DNA of 64,000 nucleotides from an uncultured Lachnospiraceae bacterium. GTDB taxonomy: Bacteria > Bacillota > Clostridia > Lachnospirales > Lachnospiraceae. The notes beneath the pieces are model-generated. The model did no database searches. It was not told the origin of the DNA and saw only the letters and a program-made list of their open reading frames with translations. Positions 17,206 to 26,116 of this stretch are shown here, piece by piece; position 1 is the first letter of the stretch; each line of letters opens with the position of its first letter. The stretch is from contig CAJUBE010000006.1 of the NCBI GenBank assembly GCA_910584725.1, positions 14,801 to 78,800 on the forward strand, given 5' to 3'. The translations under genes and the position numbers were made by a program.

Positions 17206-18726
17206 TTATTCTTCCATACCGACATCCTCTTCCTCCATCTCTTCCACAGGAATAGGCACGTCGATATATTGTTCGGTGTACGCTTCACCGAGCACCTGTC
17301 CCATAATCTGCTCAGACAATGCCCTCAATTCGTCGTTGGCATCCGCGCCCTCCCAGATTCTGGCGAAAGCAATCTCAAGCTGTACCCAGAAATTGCTCGT
17401 CTCTATCATCTTCGGCATGGGAACCGACCGGGCGTATTCCTCCAGAAAAGCCGCCGCGTTCGGATCGTCATAGGTTTTTTCCCCGTCACAGTGTACGGGC
17501 AGCTTTCCCGTCCGGGTATAGAGCTCCTGCGTGTTATACTGCGTCAGGTACACCGCAAAGTCGTTGGCCATTTCCTTCTTCGTAGAATAACCGTTGACAC
17601 CGACGCACTGCGTCACGGACAGGGATGCGGAAGACAGCTCCCCGCTCACATCCGGCACACGGGTCACGCCGTAATCATAGGAGAAATCTCCGTCCGCGCG
17701 GGCCTTCTCCAATTTGGAAAGCGCATCCGTCGTTGCCACCGTGTAGACGATCTTACCGTCCAAAAAGTCCTGCAGAACGCCGTCATAGCTGATTTCCTTC
17801 GTGTCTATGGAAAAAAACTGGTTCAGATTCTGGTACACCCGGAGCGCTTTGATCGCGTTCTCATTATAAATACCGATAGAATCCGCATTGTCGCCGTTGA
17901 CGCCGCCCACATCAATATAATTTCCCACAATAAAATAATTATAAAAAATATCCGATACATCCCACTTAAAAACCGCTTCTACCTGCTCCGGCGCATCGTA
18001 GACATCCGCAAAGGACAAAATTTCATCTATCGTCTCGGGAATGGCCTCCTCCATTTTGGCCTCGACCTCCTCCGCGGAAACCTCTTCCTCCTCGGAAGCC
18101 TCCCGAATCTCTTCCTCCACGTCGCCGTTGTCCGCCTGTTCCTGCGCGTCCTCCGCCATAGCCTGATCCCGCTCGGCCACAATCTGCGCCTTGGCCCATT
18201 CTTCCAGATAGGTTCTGTTGTAAAGGAGACAGCTCGTCTCATAATAGAAGGGATAGCCGATTTGTTTGTCATGGTACGTCACCGCCCGAACCGCCGTTCC
18301 CGGCAGCAGCTCCTCCATGGGCGTCACGCCCTCCGGCAGTTTTACCTCACAGGCCAGCCCGGCCAGATACGCCTTTTCCAGCGCGTCATTGCTTACAATA
18401 TACAGATCCGGAACCTCTTCCTCCTGCAGAGATGCCTGATTGATCGTCTCCAGATACTCCAACCCCTGTGTGTAAACAGGCACCACGCGCACCTCGTCCT
18501 GGTATTCGCTGTAGGAGACTGCCACACCGTTCAGATAATCCGTAAGCCCCTCGTCCGCATACCACAGATACAGGGTTTCCCTGTGCCCAAACAGCGTATC
18601 CTCCTCCGCCTCTTCCTCCGCCTGCGGAAGCACGGCCAGGCCAAGCCTCCCCGCGCCGTAAAGCCCACCCGCAACCAGGGCGAGCGCGAGGATCATCAAT
18701 AATCTTTTCTTAAATGTCAATTCCAC
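17206..18726 (-). CDS. extracellular solute-binding protein (MalE-like) with an acidic insertion
   Basis: Signal anchor LLMILALALVAGG, an SBP-like fold pattern, and a Glu-rich insert DNGDVEEEIREASEEEEVSAEEVEAKMEE. Start is GTG at 18726 or TTG at 18720. Confidence 0.6.
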   Translation of the reverse strand: MELTFKKRLLMILALALVAGGLYGAGRLGLAVLPQAEEEAEEDTLFGHRETLYLWYADEGLTDYLNGVAVSYSEYQDEVRVVPVYTQGLEYLETINQASLQEEEVPDLYIVSNDALEKAYLAGLACEVKLPEGVTPMEELLPGTAVRAVTYHDKQIGYPFYYETSCLLYNRTYLEEWAKAQIVAERDQAMAEDAQEQADNGDVEEEIREASEEEEVSAEEVEAKMEEAIPETIDEILSFADVYDAPEQVEAVFKWDVSDIFYNYFIVGNYIDVGGVNGDNADSIGIYNENAIKALRVYQNLNQFFSIDTKEISYDGVLQDFLDGKIVYTVATTDALSKLEKARADGDFSYDYGVTRVPDVSGELSSASLSVTQCVGVNGYSTKKEMANDFAVYLTQYNTQELYTRTGKLPVHCDGEKTYDDPNAAAFLEEYARSVPMPKMIETSNFWVQLEIAFARIWEGADANDELRALSEQIMGQVLGEAYTEQYIDVPIPVEEMEEEDVGMEE

Positions 18727-18747
18727 TCTCCTTATTTACCAAATCTC

Positions 18748-18945
18748 AACTCCTAGAACTTCTTAACGAAGCAGCCTCTGCTGCTGAGTTTTAGAAGTTC
18801 TTTTCACTCTAACCGCCATGTCACAGCTTAGCTGTGACTCAAATCAATGCGGAGAATGCCGCATTTCAGGCATTCTCTGGCGTGAGACTTAGTACTTCTT
18901 AGCGAAGCAGCCTTTGCTGCTGAGCTTTAGAAGTACTTCTCACGC
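18748..18945. repeat. composite nested-palindrome (REP-like) element, modules C+A'+B+C
   Basis: tagaacttcttaacgaagcagc...gctgctgagttttagaagttct; tttcactctaaccgccatg; hairpin tcacagc-tta-gctgtga; ctcaaatcaatgc; ggagaatgcc-N8-ggcattctc; gcgtgaga; ttagtacttcttagcgaagcagc...tttagaagtacttct; cacgc. Confidence 0.85.
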
Positions 18946-20138
18946 TACGCTATACTGTCGCGCAAAATCTCTATCATATCGTCCACATGTTCCTCCGTGA
19001 TGACAAGCGGCGGCACAAAACGAATGATACTTGTCCCGGCATTGATCAGCACAAGTCCCCGCTCCATTGCCCGCTTGATGATATCTCCCACGGGTCTGTT
19101 GAACACAAGCCCCTGCATGAGCCCGGCGCCGCGCCTTGTCTCCACACAGGAGAACTCTTCCACAAGCTCGTCAAGCCGCTTCTCCAGATAAGCGCCGACC
19201 CTGTTCACATTGGAGAGCACATCCTTCTCTTTAAACAGGTCAATCACCTTGCTGACTGCCGCGCAGGCAAGCGGATTGCCTCCGTAGGTGGTGCCGTGGT
19301 CACCGGCGACAAGGGAATTGGCCCCCACCTTCTCCGTCATCAGAAACGCGCCCACGGGCACGCCACAGCCGAGCGCCTTCGCCGTGGTCATCACATCCGG
19401 CTTAATGCCATAGCGTTGCCACGCAAACATCTTGCCTGTGCGCCCCATGCCGCACTGAATTTCATCCAATATCATCAGGATGTCTCTCTCGTCGCAGAGC
19501 TTCCTGACCTTTTGCATAAATTCCTCCGTGGCCGGATAAATGCCGCCCTCTCCCTGCACAGTCTCAAAAAGGATCGCGCAGGTCTTGTCGTTTGCCTGCG
19601 CCATCACACTGTCAAAATCGTTCAGATCAGCAAAGCGGATATTGCCGATCATCGGCTCGAAAGCTTCCCTGTAGTGGGGATTTCCCGTCACCGAAAGCGC
19701 TCCCATGGTGCGCCCGTGGAAAGAATGATTCATGGCAATGATCTCGTGATCCGTTTTCCCGTCCTTCAGATACGCATACTTGCGCGCCGTCTTGATGGCG
19801 CCCTCCACAGCCTCCGCGCCGCTGTTCGTAAAGAACACGCGATCCATGCCGGAGATCTCTTTGAGTTTTTTCGCCGCCTCGATGGCGGGTGTATTGTAAT
19901 AGTAGTTTGAGGTATGAATAATCTTGTCAATCTGGCTTTTCAGCGCGTCGTTGTAGGCTTCATTGTGATAGCCCAGCGCAAACACGGCGATTCCCGCCAC
20001 AAAATCCAGATATTTTTTCCCATCCACATCGTAGAGGTACACGCCCTCCCCCTTATCAAATACGACCTGATAACGGTTGTAGGTGTGAAGCAGCGCCTGC
20101 TCCGCCTCGTCTATATAACATTGCATTTCCGCACTCAT
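18945..20138 (-). CDS. argD: acetylornithine aminotransferase
   Basis: Class III PLP aminotransferase (FTNSGAEAVEGAIKTARKY...LDEIQCGMGRTGK...TTAKALG) located in an arg cluster. Confidence 0.9.
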   Translation of the reverse strand: MSAEMQCYIDEAEQALLHTYNRYQVVFDKGEGVYLYDVDGKKYLDFVAGIAVFALGYHNEAYNDALKSQIDKIIHTSNYYYNTPAIEAAKKLKEISGMDRVFFTNSGAEAVEGAIKTARKYAYLKDGKTDHEIIAMNHSFHGRTMGALSVTGNPHYREAFEPMIGNIRFADLNDFDSVMAQANDKTCAILFETVQGEGGIYPATEEFMQKVRKLCDERDILMILDEIQCGMGRTGKMFAWQRYGIKPDVMTTAKALGCGVPVGAFLMTEKVGANSLVAGDHGTTYGGNPLACAAVSKVIDLFKEKDVLSNVNRVGAYLEKRLDELVEEFSCVETRRGAGLMQGLVFNRPVGDIIKRAMERGLVLINAGTSIIRFVPPLVITEEHVDDMIEILRDSIA

Positions 20139-20229
20139 TTTTCTGCCTTCTTTCTATCCATATTTATGTATTGCGAAACCCTTCTCAACCTCCCTGTCAT
20201 GCCGTCAAAGCGGCACAAACAATCCATGC

Positions 20230-20315
20230 AGAGAATGCCGCTCTTTGGCATTCTCTCGTGTGAAGCTTGAAATCACTTGGCGAGGTATTTTCGAGCTTAG
20301 TGATTTCCTTCACAC
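20230..20315. repeat. REP-like element, modules B+C (variant)
   Basis: agagaatgcc-N7-ggcattctct; gtgtgaag; hairpin cttgaaatcacttggcgagg...cgagcttagtgatttc; cttcacac. The last codons of argB (CEGNH*) lie inside the element. Confidence 0.7.
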
Positions 20316-21202
20316 AGTTCTTTATCCCGGTCTGCAATGATCGCCGTACCGATACCGTGATCGGTAAAGATTTCCAGCAGCAGGCAGTGGGCGATCCGTC
20401 CGTCCAGAATATGCACCCGGTTTACGCCCTCCCTGATGGCATCCGTACAGTTTCCCAGCTTCGGGAGCATACCGCCGCCGATACAGCCGCTGTCAATCAG
20501 TTCCTCCGCCTGCGTTGCTGTCAATCTTGAGATAAAGCTGGATTTGTCGTTAATATCTCTGTAAAGGCCCTCTATATCTGTCAGGAACACCAGCTTGTCC
20601 GCACCCACTGCCTTGGCGATGGCGCAGGCCGCGTCGTCCGCATTGATATTGTAGGTCATAAACTGTTCATCCAGACCGATGGGCGCCACGATGGGCAGGA
20701 AGTCCTTCTCCAGAAGGTCGTAGATCACCTTCGGGTCAACGCCGCAGATCTCTCCCACAAAACCGATGTCCTGCCCGTCCGCATACCTCTTCTTACACTG
20801 CAAAAGCCCGGCATCCTTACCGCTGATGCCGACCGCCCGAACGCCCAGCTCCTCCACCATGCGCACAAGGTTTTTGTTGACTTTATTCAGAACCATCTCC
20901 GCGATTTCCATGGTTTCGTCGTCGGTCACCCGCAGGCCGTTCACGAACTCCGCCTCCTTGCCGACCTTGCCGACCCAGCGGCTGATCTCCTTGCCGCCGC
21001 CATGGACGATAATGGGCTTAAAACCGACAAGCTTAAGAAGCGTCACGTCCTTGATGACGTTTCGCTGCAGCTCTTCGTTGCTCATGGCGCTGCCGCCGTA
21101 TTTTACCACGATGATCTTTCTGTTAAATTTCTGGATATAGGGAAGGGCTTCGATCAATACCTCCGCCTTCGCCAGAATTTTGTCCATTTCCTGCTGTTCC
21201 AT
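20297..21202 (-). CDS. argB: acetylglutamate kinase
   Basis: [10 protein letters not shown]...IVHGGG...[12 protein letters not shown] is the typical AAK family / ArgB pattern. Confidence 0.9.
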   Translation of the reverse strand: MEQQEMDKILAKAEVLIEALPYIQKFNRKIIVVKYGGSAMSNEELQRNVIKDVTLLKLVGFKPIIVHGGGKEISRWVGKVGKEAEFVNGLRVTDDETMEIAEMVLNKVNKNLVRMVEELGVRAVGISGKDAGLLQCKKRYADGQDIGFVGEICGVDPKVIYDLLEKDFLPIVAPIGLDEQFMTYNINADDAACAIAKAVGADKLVFLTDIEGLYRDINDKSSFISRLTATQAEELIDSGCIGGGMLPKLGNCTDAIREGVNRVHILDGRIAHCLLLEIFTDHGIGTAIIADRDKELCEGNH

Positions 21203-21240
21203 AAAATTGTGCCTCTTTTCATTTATTGATAATAGTCCGC

Positions 21241-22464
21241 TCAGCTCCGGTAATCCGCATTAATATTAACATATTCATGAGTCAGGTCGCAGCCCCAGGC
21301 GGTGGCTTCAGCGTCGCCGCGTTTCATGTCCACGATCACGGTTACCTCGGGGGCTGAGAGGAGTTTCGTCGCCTCTTCCTCGTCATAGTCCGTCAGCATA
21401 CCGTCTTTGCATATCTGCATCCGGTTTCCGGCAGCCTCGCAGTAGAGGTCTACCTGCTCCGGGTCGAAATCCACACCCGCGTAGCCGAGGGCGCACATGA
21501 TACGCCCCACGTTAGCGTCATGGCCGTAGATCATGGCTTTCGTCAGGCTGGAGCAGATCACGGATTTACACAAAATACGCGCCTCCTCCTTCGTTGCCGC
21601 ATGAATAACACGTGTCTCAAAGAGGGCCGTCGCGCCCTCGCCGTCCCCCGCCATCTTTTTCGCCAGCGTCTCATCTATATAGTGCAGAGCTTCCTTAAAT
21701 ATCTCGTAGTCCGCGTTCCGCTCCGTAATCTCGGAGTTTCCCGCGAGGCCGTTCGCCAGCACGATCAGCGTATCGTTGGTGGAAGTGTCCCCGTCCACGG
21801 AAATCATGTTGAAGGTGTCCTTCACATCCTCGCTGAGCGCTTCCTGTAAAAGCTCTTTGGAAATCGCGATATCCGTTGTGATGAAACAGAGCATGGTGCT
21901 CATATTCGGATGAATCATGCCTGAGCCCTTGCACATGCCGCCCACAGTCACTGTTTTCCCGCCTACCTCGATCTGCACCGCCGCCTGCTTCGGCTTCGTA
22001 TCCGTGGTCATCATGGCCTCCACGGCCGCAAGTCCCGCCTCCGGCGTATGTGCCCTAGCCTGCGCAAGCCTGTCCACACCGGCCACAAGCTTCTCTATCG
22101 GAATTTGCCAGCCAATCACGCCAGTGGACGCCACCAGAACGGCGTCGGACGATACATCCAGCGCTTCCGCCGCCTTCTGCGCCGTCTGCCTGCAGCACTC
22201 ATACCCCTGCTTTCCCGTACAGGCGTTGGCAATACCCGCGTTGACCACCACCGCCTGCGCGTAAGGGGAATGCGCCACAATCTCCCTGTCCCACAAAACA
22301 GGCGCCGCCTTCACCACGTTTCCGGTAAATACCCCTGCCGCCCGGCAGGGCGCCTGGCTGTAAATCAGCGCCATATCCTTCCTGTTCTGATATTTGATCG
22401 ACGCTTCCACCCCGGCCGCCTCAAAACCCGCCGCCGCAGTCACGCCGCCTTCTATGATTTTCAT
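21241..22464 (-). CDS. argJ: bifunctional glutamate N-acetyltransferase / amino-acid acetyltransferase
   Basis: [19 protein letters not shown]...[23 protein letters not shown] (autoprocessing site)...NINADYRS. The start is set at the internal ATG. Confidence 0.9.
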   Translation of the reverse strand: MKIIEGGVTAAAGFEAAGVEASIKYQNRKDMALIYSQAPCRAAGVFTGNVVKAAPVLWDREIVAHSPYAQAVVVNAGIANACTGKQGYECCRQTAQKAAEALDVSSDAVLVASTGVIGWQIPIEKLVAGVDRLAQARAHTPEAGLAAVEAMMTTDTKPKQAAVQIEVGGKTVTVGGMCKGSGMIHPNMSTMLCFITTDIAISKELLQEALSEDVKDTFNMISVDGDTSTNDTLIVLANGLAGNSEITERNADYEIFKEALHYIDETLAKKMAGDGEGATALFETRVIHAATKEEARILCKSVICSSLTKAMIYGHDANVGRIMCALGYAGVDFDPEQVDLYCEAAGNRMQICKDGMLTDYDEEEATKLLSAPEVTVIVDMKRGDAEATAWGCDLTHEYVNINADYRS

Positions 22465-22516
22465 GCCGTCTTTATCCTCTTTTCTTAACTTATAGTAACT
22501 TCTCGCACTAATATAC

Positions 22517-22545
22517 AATAAAACGGCGAGGATTGCAACCTCGCC
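22517..22545 (-). terminator. intrinsic terminator after 22547..23332
   Basis: Minus strand reads GGCGAGG-ttgcaat-CCTCGCC followed by gttttatt. Confidence 0.6.
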
Positions 22546-22546
22546 G

Positions 22547-23332
22547 CTATGCAAGCGTCTCCCCGATCACTTTCTCCAACTCCGAAACCATAAGCTCCAC
22601 CACCGATATCGCCGCCGGGTCTTTAAACATGCTGTTTAACAGCAGACGGATATTCAGCTCGAATCTGGCGGGGAGAATACTGCACTCCTCCATGCTGACC
22701 TGCACCAGACGCTTCTCTCCGGGATGCCGCTTCTCGTTCAGCGCAAAGAGAATATCGAAATAGGATGCCAGAAACCGATTGACGCTCTGATTGATATTCA
22801 CCATGTCGCCCCGTTTCATTGCCTTGTCGATCTGTACAATAAAGGAGGGAATGCCATACTTTATCAGATTCATGTGATGACTGATGATATTATCTTTCAG
22901 TTCCCGCGGGTACGGCACCTGATACTTTTCCTTAGCCGCCGCCAACATGCCTCCTTTGTCGTAGGCGATCCGGCCTGTCATAAGATTGTGCCACATACCG
23001 GTTGTACAGCCGTCCATCACCTCATACTGTGTCACCACCCGGTCAATGCCCGCCAGAAACTCCTCAAGGTTTCGGTATACAATGTTCAGCTCCGTGCCGT
23101 CCTCCATGATACAGACGTCCTCATGCTCCCTGTAACGGTTGTCGAGCGCCATACTTCCACAGTATTTCTCCAGCACGCCCCGCCTAAGCTCCGTGGGAAC
23201 CGGCTCCGTGCTGTAGACATACACATCATAGTCCGAAAATTCATCGTTTCTTTTGACGGCGCGCGAACCGCCTATCGCCATGGCGCGCACCTGTGGAAAT
23301 CTTGCGTATTCATTAAAAATGTCCTGTACCAT
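22547..23332 (-). CDS. nucleotidyltransferase-domain protein (DUF4037-like)
   Basis: AIGGSRAVKRNDEFSDYDVYVY is the GS...DxD pol-beta-type NTase motif, followed by a helical C-terminal domain. The start is set at MVQDIF with AGGAAGGA upstream. Confidence 0.55.
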   Translation of the reverse strand: MVQDIFNEYARFPQVRAMAIGGSRAVKRNDEFSDYDVYVYSTEPVPTELRRGVLEKYCGSMALDNRYREHEDVCIMEDGTELNIVYRNLEEFLAGIDRVVTQYEVMDGCTTGMWHNLMTGRIAYDKGGMLAAAKEKYQVPYPRELKDNIISHHMNLIKYGIPSFIVQIDKAMKRGDMVNINQSVNRFLASYFDILFALNEKRHPGEKRLVQVSMEECSILPARFELNIRLLLNSMFKDPAAISVVELMVSELEKVIGETLA

Positions 23333-23426
23333 CGGCTGTCCGTCCTTCCTGTACCGCGCAGGCTTCCTGCCTGCCGGTCCGGCTCCGTACAATTTGTGTC
23401 ACCGCATTCGGCGGGATATCTGACTT

Positions 23427-23780
23427 TTACAGAAGCTCCTCCCACTCACTTTCCTTAAAACCCGGATACACGCCCTTCTCACACACAAGAATCGGGCGCT
23501 TCACAAGCATCCCGTCCGTGGCAAGGAGCGCAAGCTGCTCCTCCTCGCTCATGCCGGGCAGTTTATCCTTAAGCGCCATCTCCTTGTAGAGCAGCCCGCT
23601 CGTGTTGAAAAACCGTTTCAGCGGCAGCCCGCTTTTTTCATGCCATGTCCGCAGTTCGTCCGCAGTCGGATTCTCCTCTTTGATCGGGCGTCCTTCATAG
23701 GCAATCCCCCTTTCATCCAGCCATTTCAAAGCCTTCTGGCAGGTGGAACATTTCGCGTAATAGAGAACCATGGGTTTCAT
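23427..23780 (-). CDS. ArsC/Spx/YffB-family thioredoxin-fold protein
   Basis: MKPMVLYYAKCSTCQKALKWLDERGIAYEGRPI...LLATDGMLVKRPIL. GGAGG lies 8 nt upstream. Confidence 0.8.
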   Translation of the reverse strand: MKPMVLYYAKCSTCQKALKWLDERGIAYEGRPIKEENPTADELRTWHEKSGLPLKRFFNTSGLLYKEMALKDKLPGMSEEEQLALLATDGMLVKRPILVCEKGVYPGFKESEWEELL

Positions 23781-23896
23781 GTCTGATTCCTCCGTATCGT
23801 ATTTTCCATATTGCATTTCCATTTGCAAATACCATTTTGATTTTATCAGTATTTCCTGTCTTTTGGCAATCATTATTCCAAAATTTCTTTGCACCG

Positions 23897-24013
23897 CATA
23901 AGCAGACTCAAAATGCTTCGCATTTCTCGTTCGCGTTGCTCGTCATAAGCAGTTGACATCATGCTTTCATGCAAGCATGAGCATGTTGTCAACTCCTTCT
24001 GACTCTGCTTATA
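23897..24013. repeat. nested imperfect palindrome in the 5' region of the ArsC-family gene
   Basis: ataagcagactc ... cataagcagttgacatcatgctt-tcatgc-aagcatgagcatgttgtcaact ... gactctgcttat. Confidence 0.6.
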
Positions 24014-24014
24014 C

Positions 24015-24056
24015 GCAAAAAACGGCGGTTTCTCCTTTCGGATGCCCCGCCGCCGT
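24015..24056 (-). terminator. intrinsic terminator after 24072..25022
   Basis: Minus strand reads acggcgg...ccgccgt followed by TTTTT. Confidence 0.7.
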
Positions 24057-24071
24057 ACATCTCTATTCTTC

Positions 24072-25022
24072 TTATCCCATATTGCGCAGATAGATCATGT
24101 TGTTGACCGTGATTTCCGCCCGCCACCAGTTTTTGCTGACCGCCCATGCCTCCGGATAGTCGTCCCAGCTCCAGTTCACGGCGTAGCCGCCGTCCGGCAT
24201 CTGCGCCTTTCTGATCAGTTCGCACTCGTACTGCGCCGCTTCACGGTTTCCGTCATAAAAAACAGATTCCTTCCTATTAAAGAACTGGGACGGCTTGCAG
24301 ACATAACCCGTCTCCCATGTAGAAGTGTCCTGTGTGATGGTTGCAGACACCAGCTCCTGCAAAAGCGCCGTCAGACGCTCCATCTCAAACCTGCCGGAAA
24401 GCCCTGCCGCCCCGATATCCTCCCAGAGCTGCACAAAGCAGGGGAGCACGTGCATATCCTGCGGATCGCCGTTCTGAAAAAGGGCCTCCACCGATTCTTT
24501 CGCGATACCGAGCGCCCTTTTCCAGAAACCGCTGTCCTCCTGCGCATACCGCAGGATAAATCCTGCCAGAGATGCGGTCGGATTGTACCGCCTGATAAAC
24601 CTCTCCTTCTCCGTATCCTGATACCATGGCGCATGGGGATATGTCCACCATGAGGCATGGGGAAAGTCATTGTTGGAAGCAACTACATAGCTCCATTTCT
24701 CCCCGTCAAATTCAGACGTGTGCTCCAGATAATCCAATAGCTTTATGATAATTGGTTCTGACTTATGTAAACCTTCCAACTCCCGCAGCGCAACCGTCGC
24801 CCGCCACGCCTGCATCGGTATGGAATGGGGGTTCATATTGTCCTCCTCCAACCCGTGCCCAAAGCCGCCGTCCTCATTCTGGTAAGCGGTTAACGCGTCG
24901 AGCACCTCCTGCTCACTCCCATTTTCAAAGTGATATTTCCACCTTGCCAAGTCAAGCGGTCTTGCGTTTCGATATACAAACCGCCTCGCTCTCTCAAATA
25001 CTTCTCTGTCCTGTTCTCTCAT
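24072..25022 (-). CDS. hypothetical protein, possibly alpha/alpha-toroid (prenyltransferase/squalene-cyclase-like repeat)
   Basis: YQNEDGGFGHGLEEDN and Trp-rich repeats. The family assignment is only from motif memory. Confidence 0.4.
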   Translation of the reverse strand: MREQDREVFERARRFVYRNARPLDLARWKYHFENGSEQEVLDALTAYQNEDGGFGHGLEEDNMNPHSIPMQAWRATVALRELEGLHKSEPIIIKLLDYLEHTSEFDGEKWSYVVASNNDFPHASWWTYPHAPWYQDTEKERFIRRYNPTASLAGFILRYAQEDSGFWKRALGIAKESVEALFQNGDPQDMHVLPCFVQLWEDIGAAGLSGRFEMERLTALLQELVSATITQDTSTWETGYVCKPSQFFNRKESVFYDGNREAAQYECELIRKAQMPDGGYAVNWSWDDYPEAWAVSKNWWRAEITVNNMIYLRNMG

Positions 25023-25244
25023 AACCAGGAATCCTCCTTGTCAAAATATATTTGCCGCAGCTATTCCTTATTTTTTTCTCCCTGGATCAAGCGATGACCC
25101 TCAAATCAAGGTTGAAGGATTTTCCTTCGACCTTATTACTCCATGTAAAATACACATGAAATCGTCTTCATCTGTAAACACTTTTTCCTGTACCGAATAG
25201 CTGCGTTTCTAAAATTATATCCCGAATTTCTGATTCCCGTCTTG

Positions 25245-26087
25245 TTAAAAAGCGACAGATTTTCCGGCAAGAGCGCGCGCCTGCGGAATCGTCATACCGT
25301 GATATCTCTTAAATTCCCGCATGAGATGCGCCTGATCCGTATATTGCAGCAGGCAGACCTCATCCATGATCTGCCGGCACGGCACGGTAAGGATATCCTG
25401 CCACAAATTCTGATAGCGCACAAGCGAGGCAAAGGTTTTCGGCGAAACGCCCATATTCTCCTGAAATACGCGCTGCAGGTGCCTGCCGCTCACGTGAATG
25501 TCCCGCGCCAGCTCATCCATCCGCAGCGCGCCGCGGCGGGAAAGAATCTCCGCCACCGCATCCATGAAAACCGGCTCCTCCCGCCGCAGATCCATTCTTT
25601 GAAACAGCGCCCCTTCCGCCAGTTGCACCCGCTCTTCGATCCCCGTCGTCTCCCACAGCCTCTGCCCCAGAGCGCGCGCAAGCCATGAAAAATAGCCGCC
25701 TGCATCACCGTAAAAATTCCTGCACGTCCGCATGGACTCCTCCGCGAAAAGGACCGCGCTCCACGCATAAAAACGGACGGCAAAAACCGATAAGCGCTGA
25801 CTTACCATGTTTGCGCCGCCGCCTGAGAACGCCCTGTCATCGATGCCGCAAAATAAATCCGACAGACTGTTATCCGTATAATTAACCGTAAATATCACAT
25901 CCATACAGGTGTCCGGCACCACCACATTCTCCGTACCCACCCCGGCTTCCAATGTATAGATATCCCTGCTTCCCCAGAAACAGCGGATGTAAGGCTTAAG
26001 CGCCGCACACGGTTCAATCTCCACATAGGAATCGCTGTGGCGGTAAGGCATTGCCGTGATGGGGGTATAGTTTTTAAAGCACTTCAT
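25245..26087 (-). CDS. AraC-family transcriptional regulator
   Basis: C-terminal HTH_18 pattern LARDIHVSGRHLQRVFQENMGVSPKTFASLVRYQ...QAHLMREFKRYHGMT. Confidence 0.8.
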   Translation of the reverse strand: MKCFKNYTPITAMPYRHSDSYVEIEPCAALKPYIRCFWGSRDIYTLEAGVGTENVVVPDTCMDVIFTVNYTDNSLSDLFCGIDDRAFSGGGANMVSQRLSVFAVRFYAWSAVLFAEESMRTCRNFYGDAGGYFSWLARALGQRLWETTGIEERVQLAEGALFQRMDLRREEPVFMDAVAEILSRRGALRMDELARDIHVSGRHLQRVFQENMGVSPKTFASLVRYQNLWQDILTVPCRQIMDEVCLLQYTDQAHLMREFKRYHGMTIPQARALAGKSVAF

Positions 26088-26116
26088 AATTCAGAAAACC
26101 TTCCCTCTGCAAAAAA

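Noticed and set aside
17269-18702. Long plus-strand ORF (477 aa) and similar long antisense ORFs (2079..2867, 9202..10128, 15101..15772, 24042..24653, 38936..39739, 54233..55213, 61510..62079)
   Set aside because: Their translations are Arg/His/Pro/Leu-rich low-complexity strings with no motifs. Each lies entirely opposite a minus- or plus-strand ORF with clear family signatures. This is the typical shadow-ORF pattern of GC-rich coding DNA.
22465-22546. ARG box upstream of argJ
   Set aside because: I found no TGAAT...ATTCA-like sequence in the gap. Only a terminator and a candidate promoter (TTGCAA-17-TATATT) are visible.
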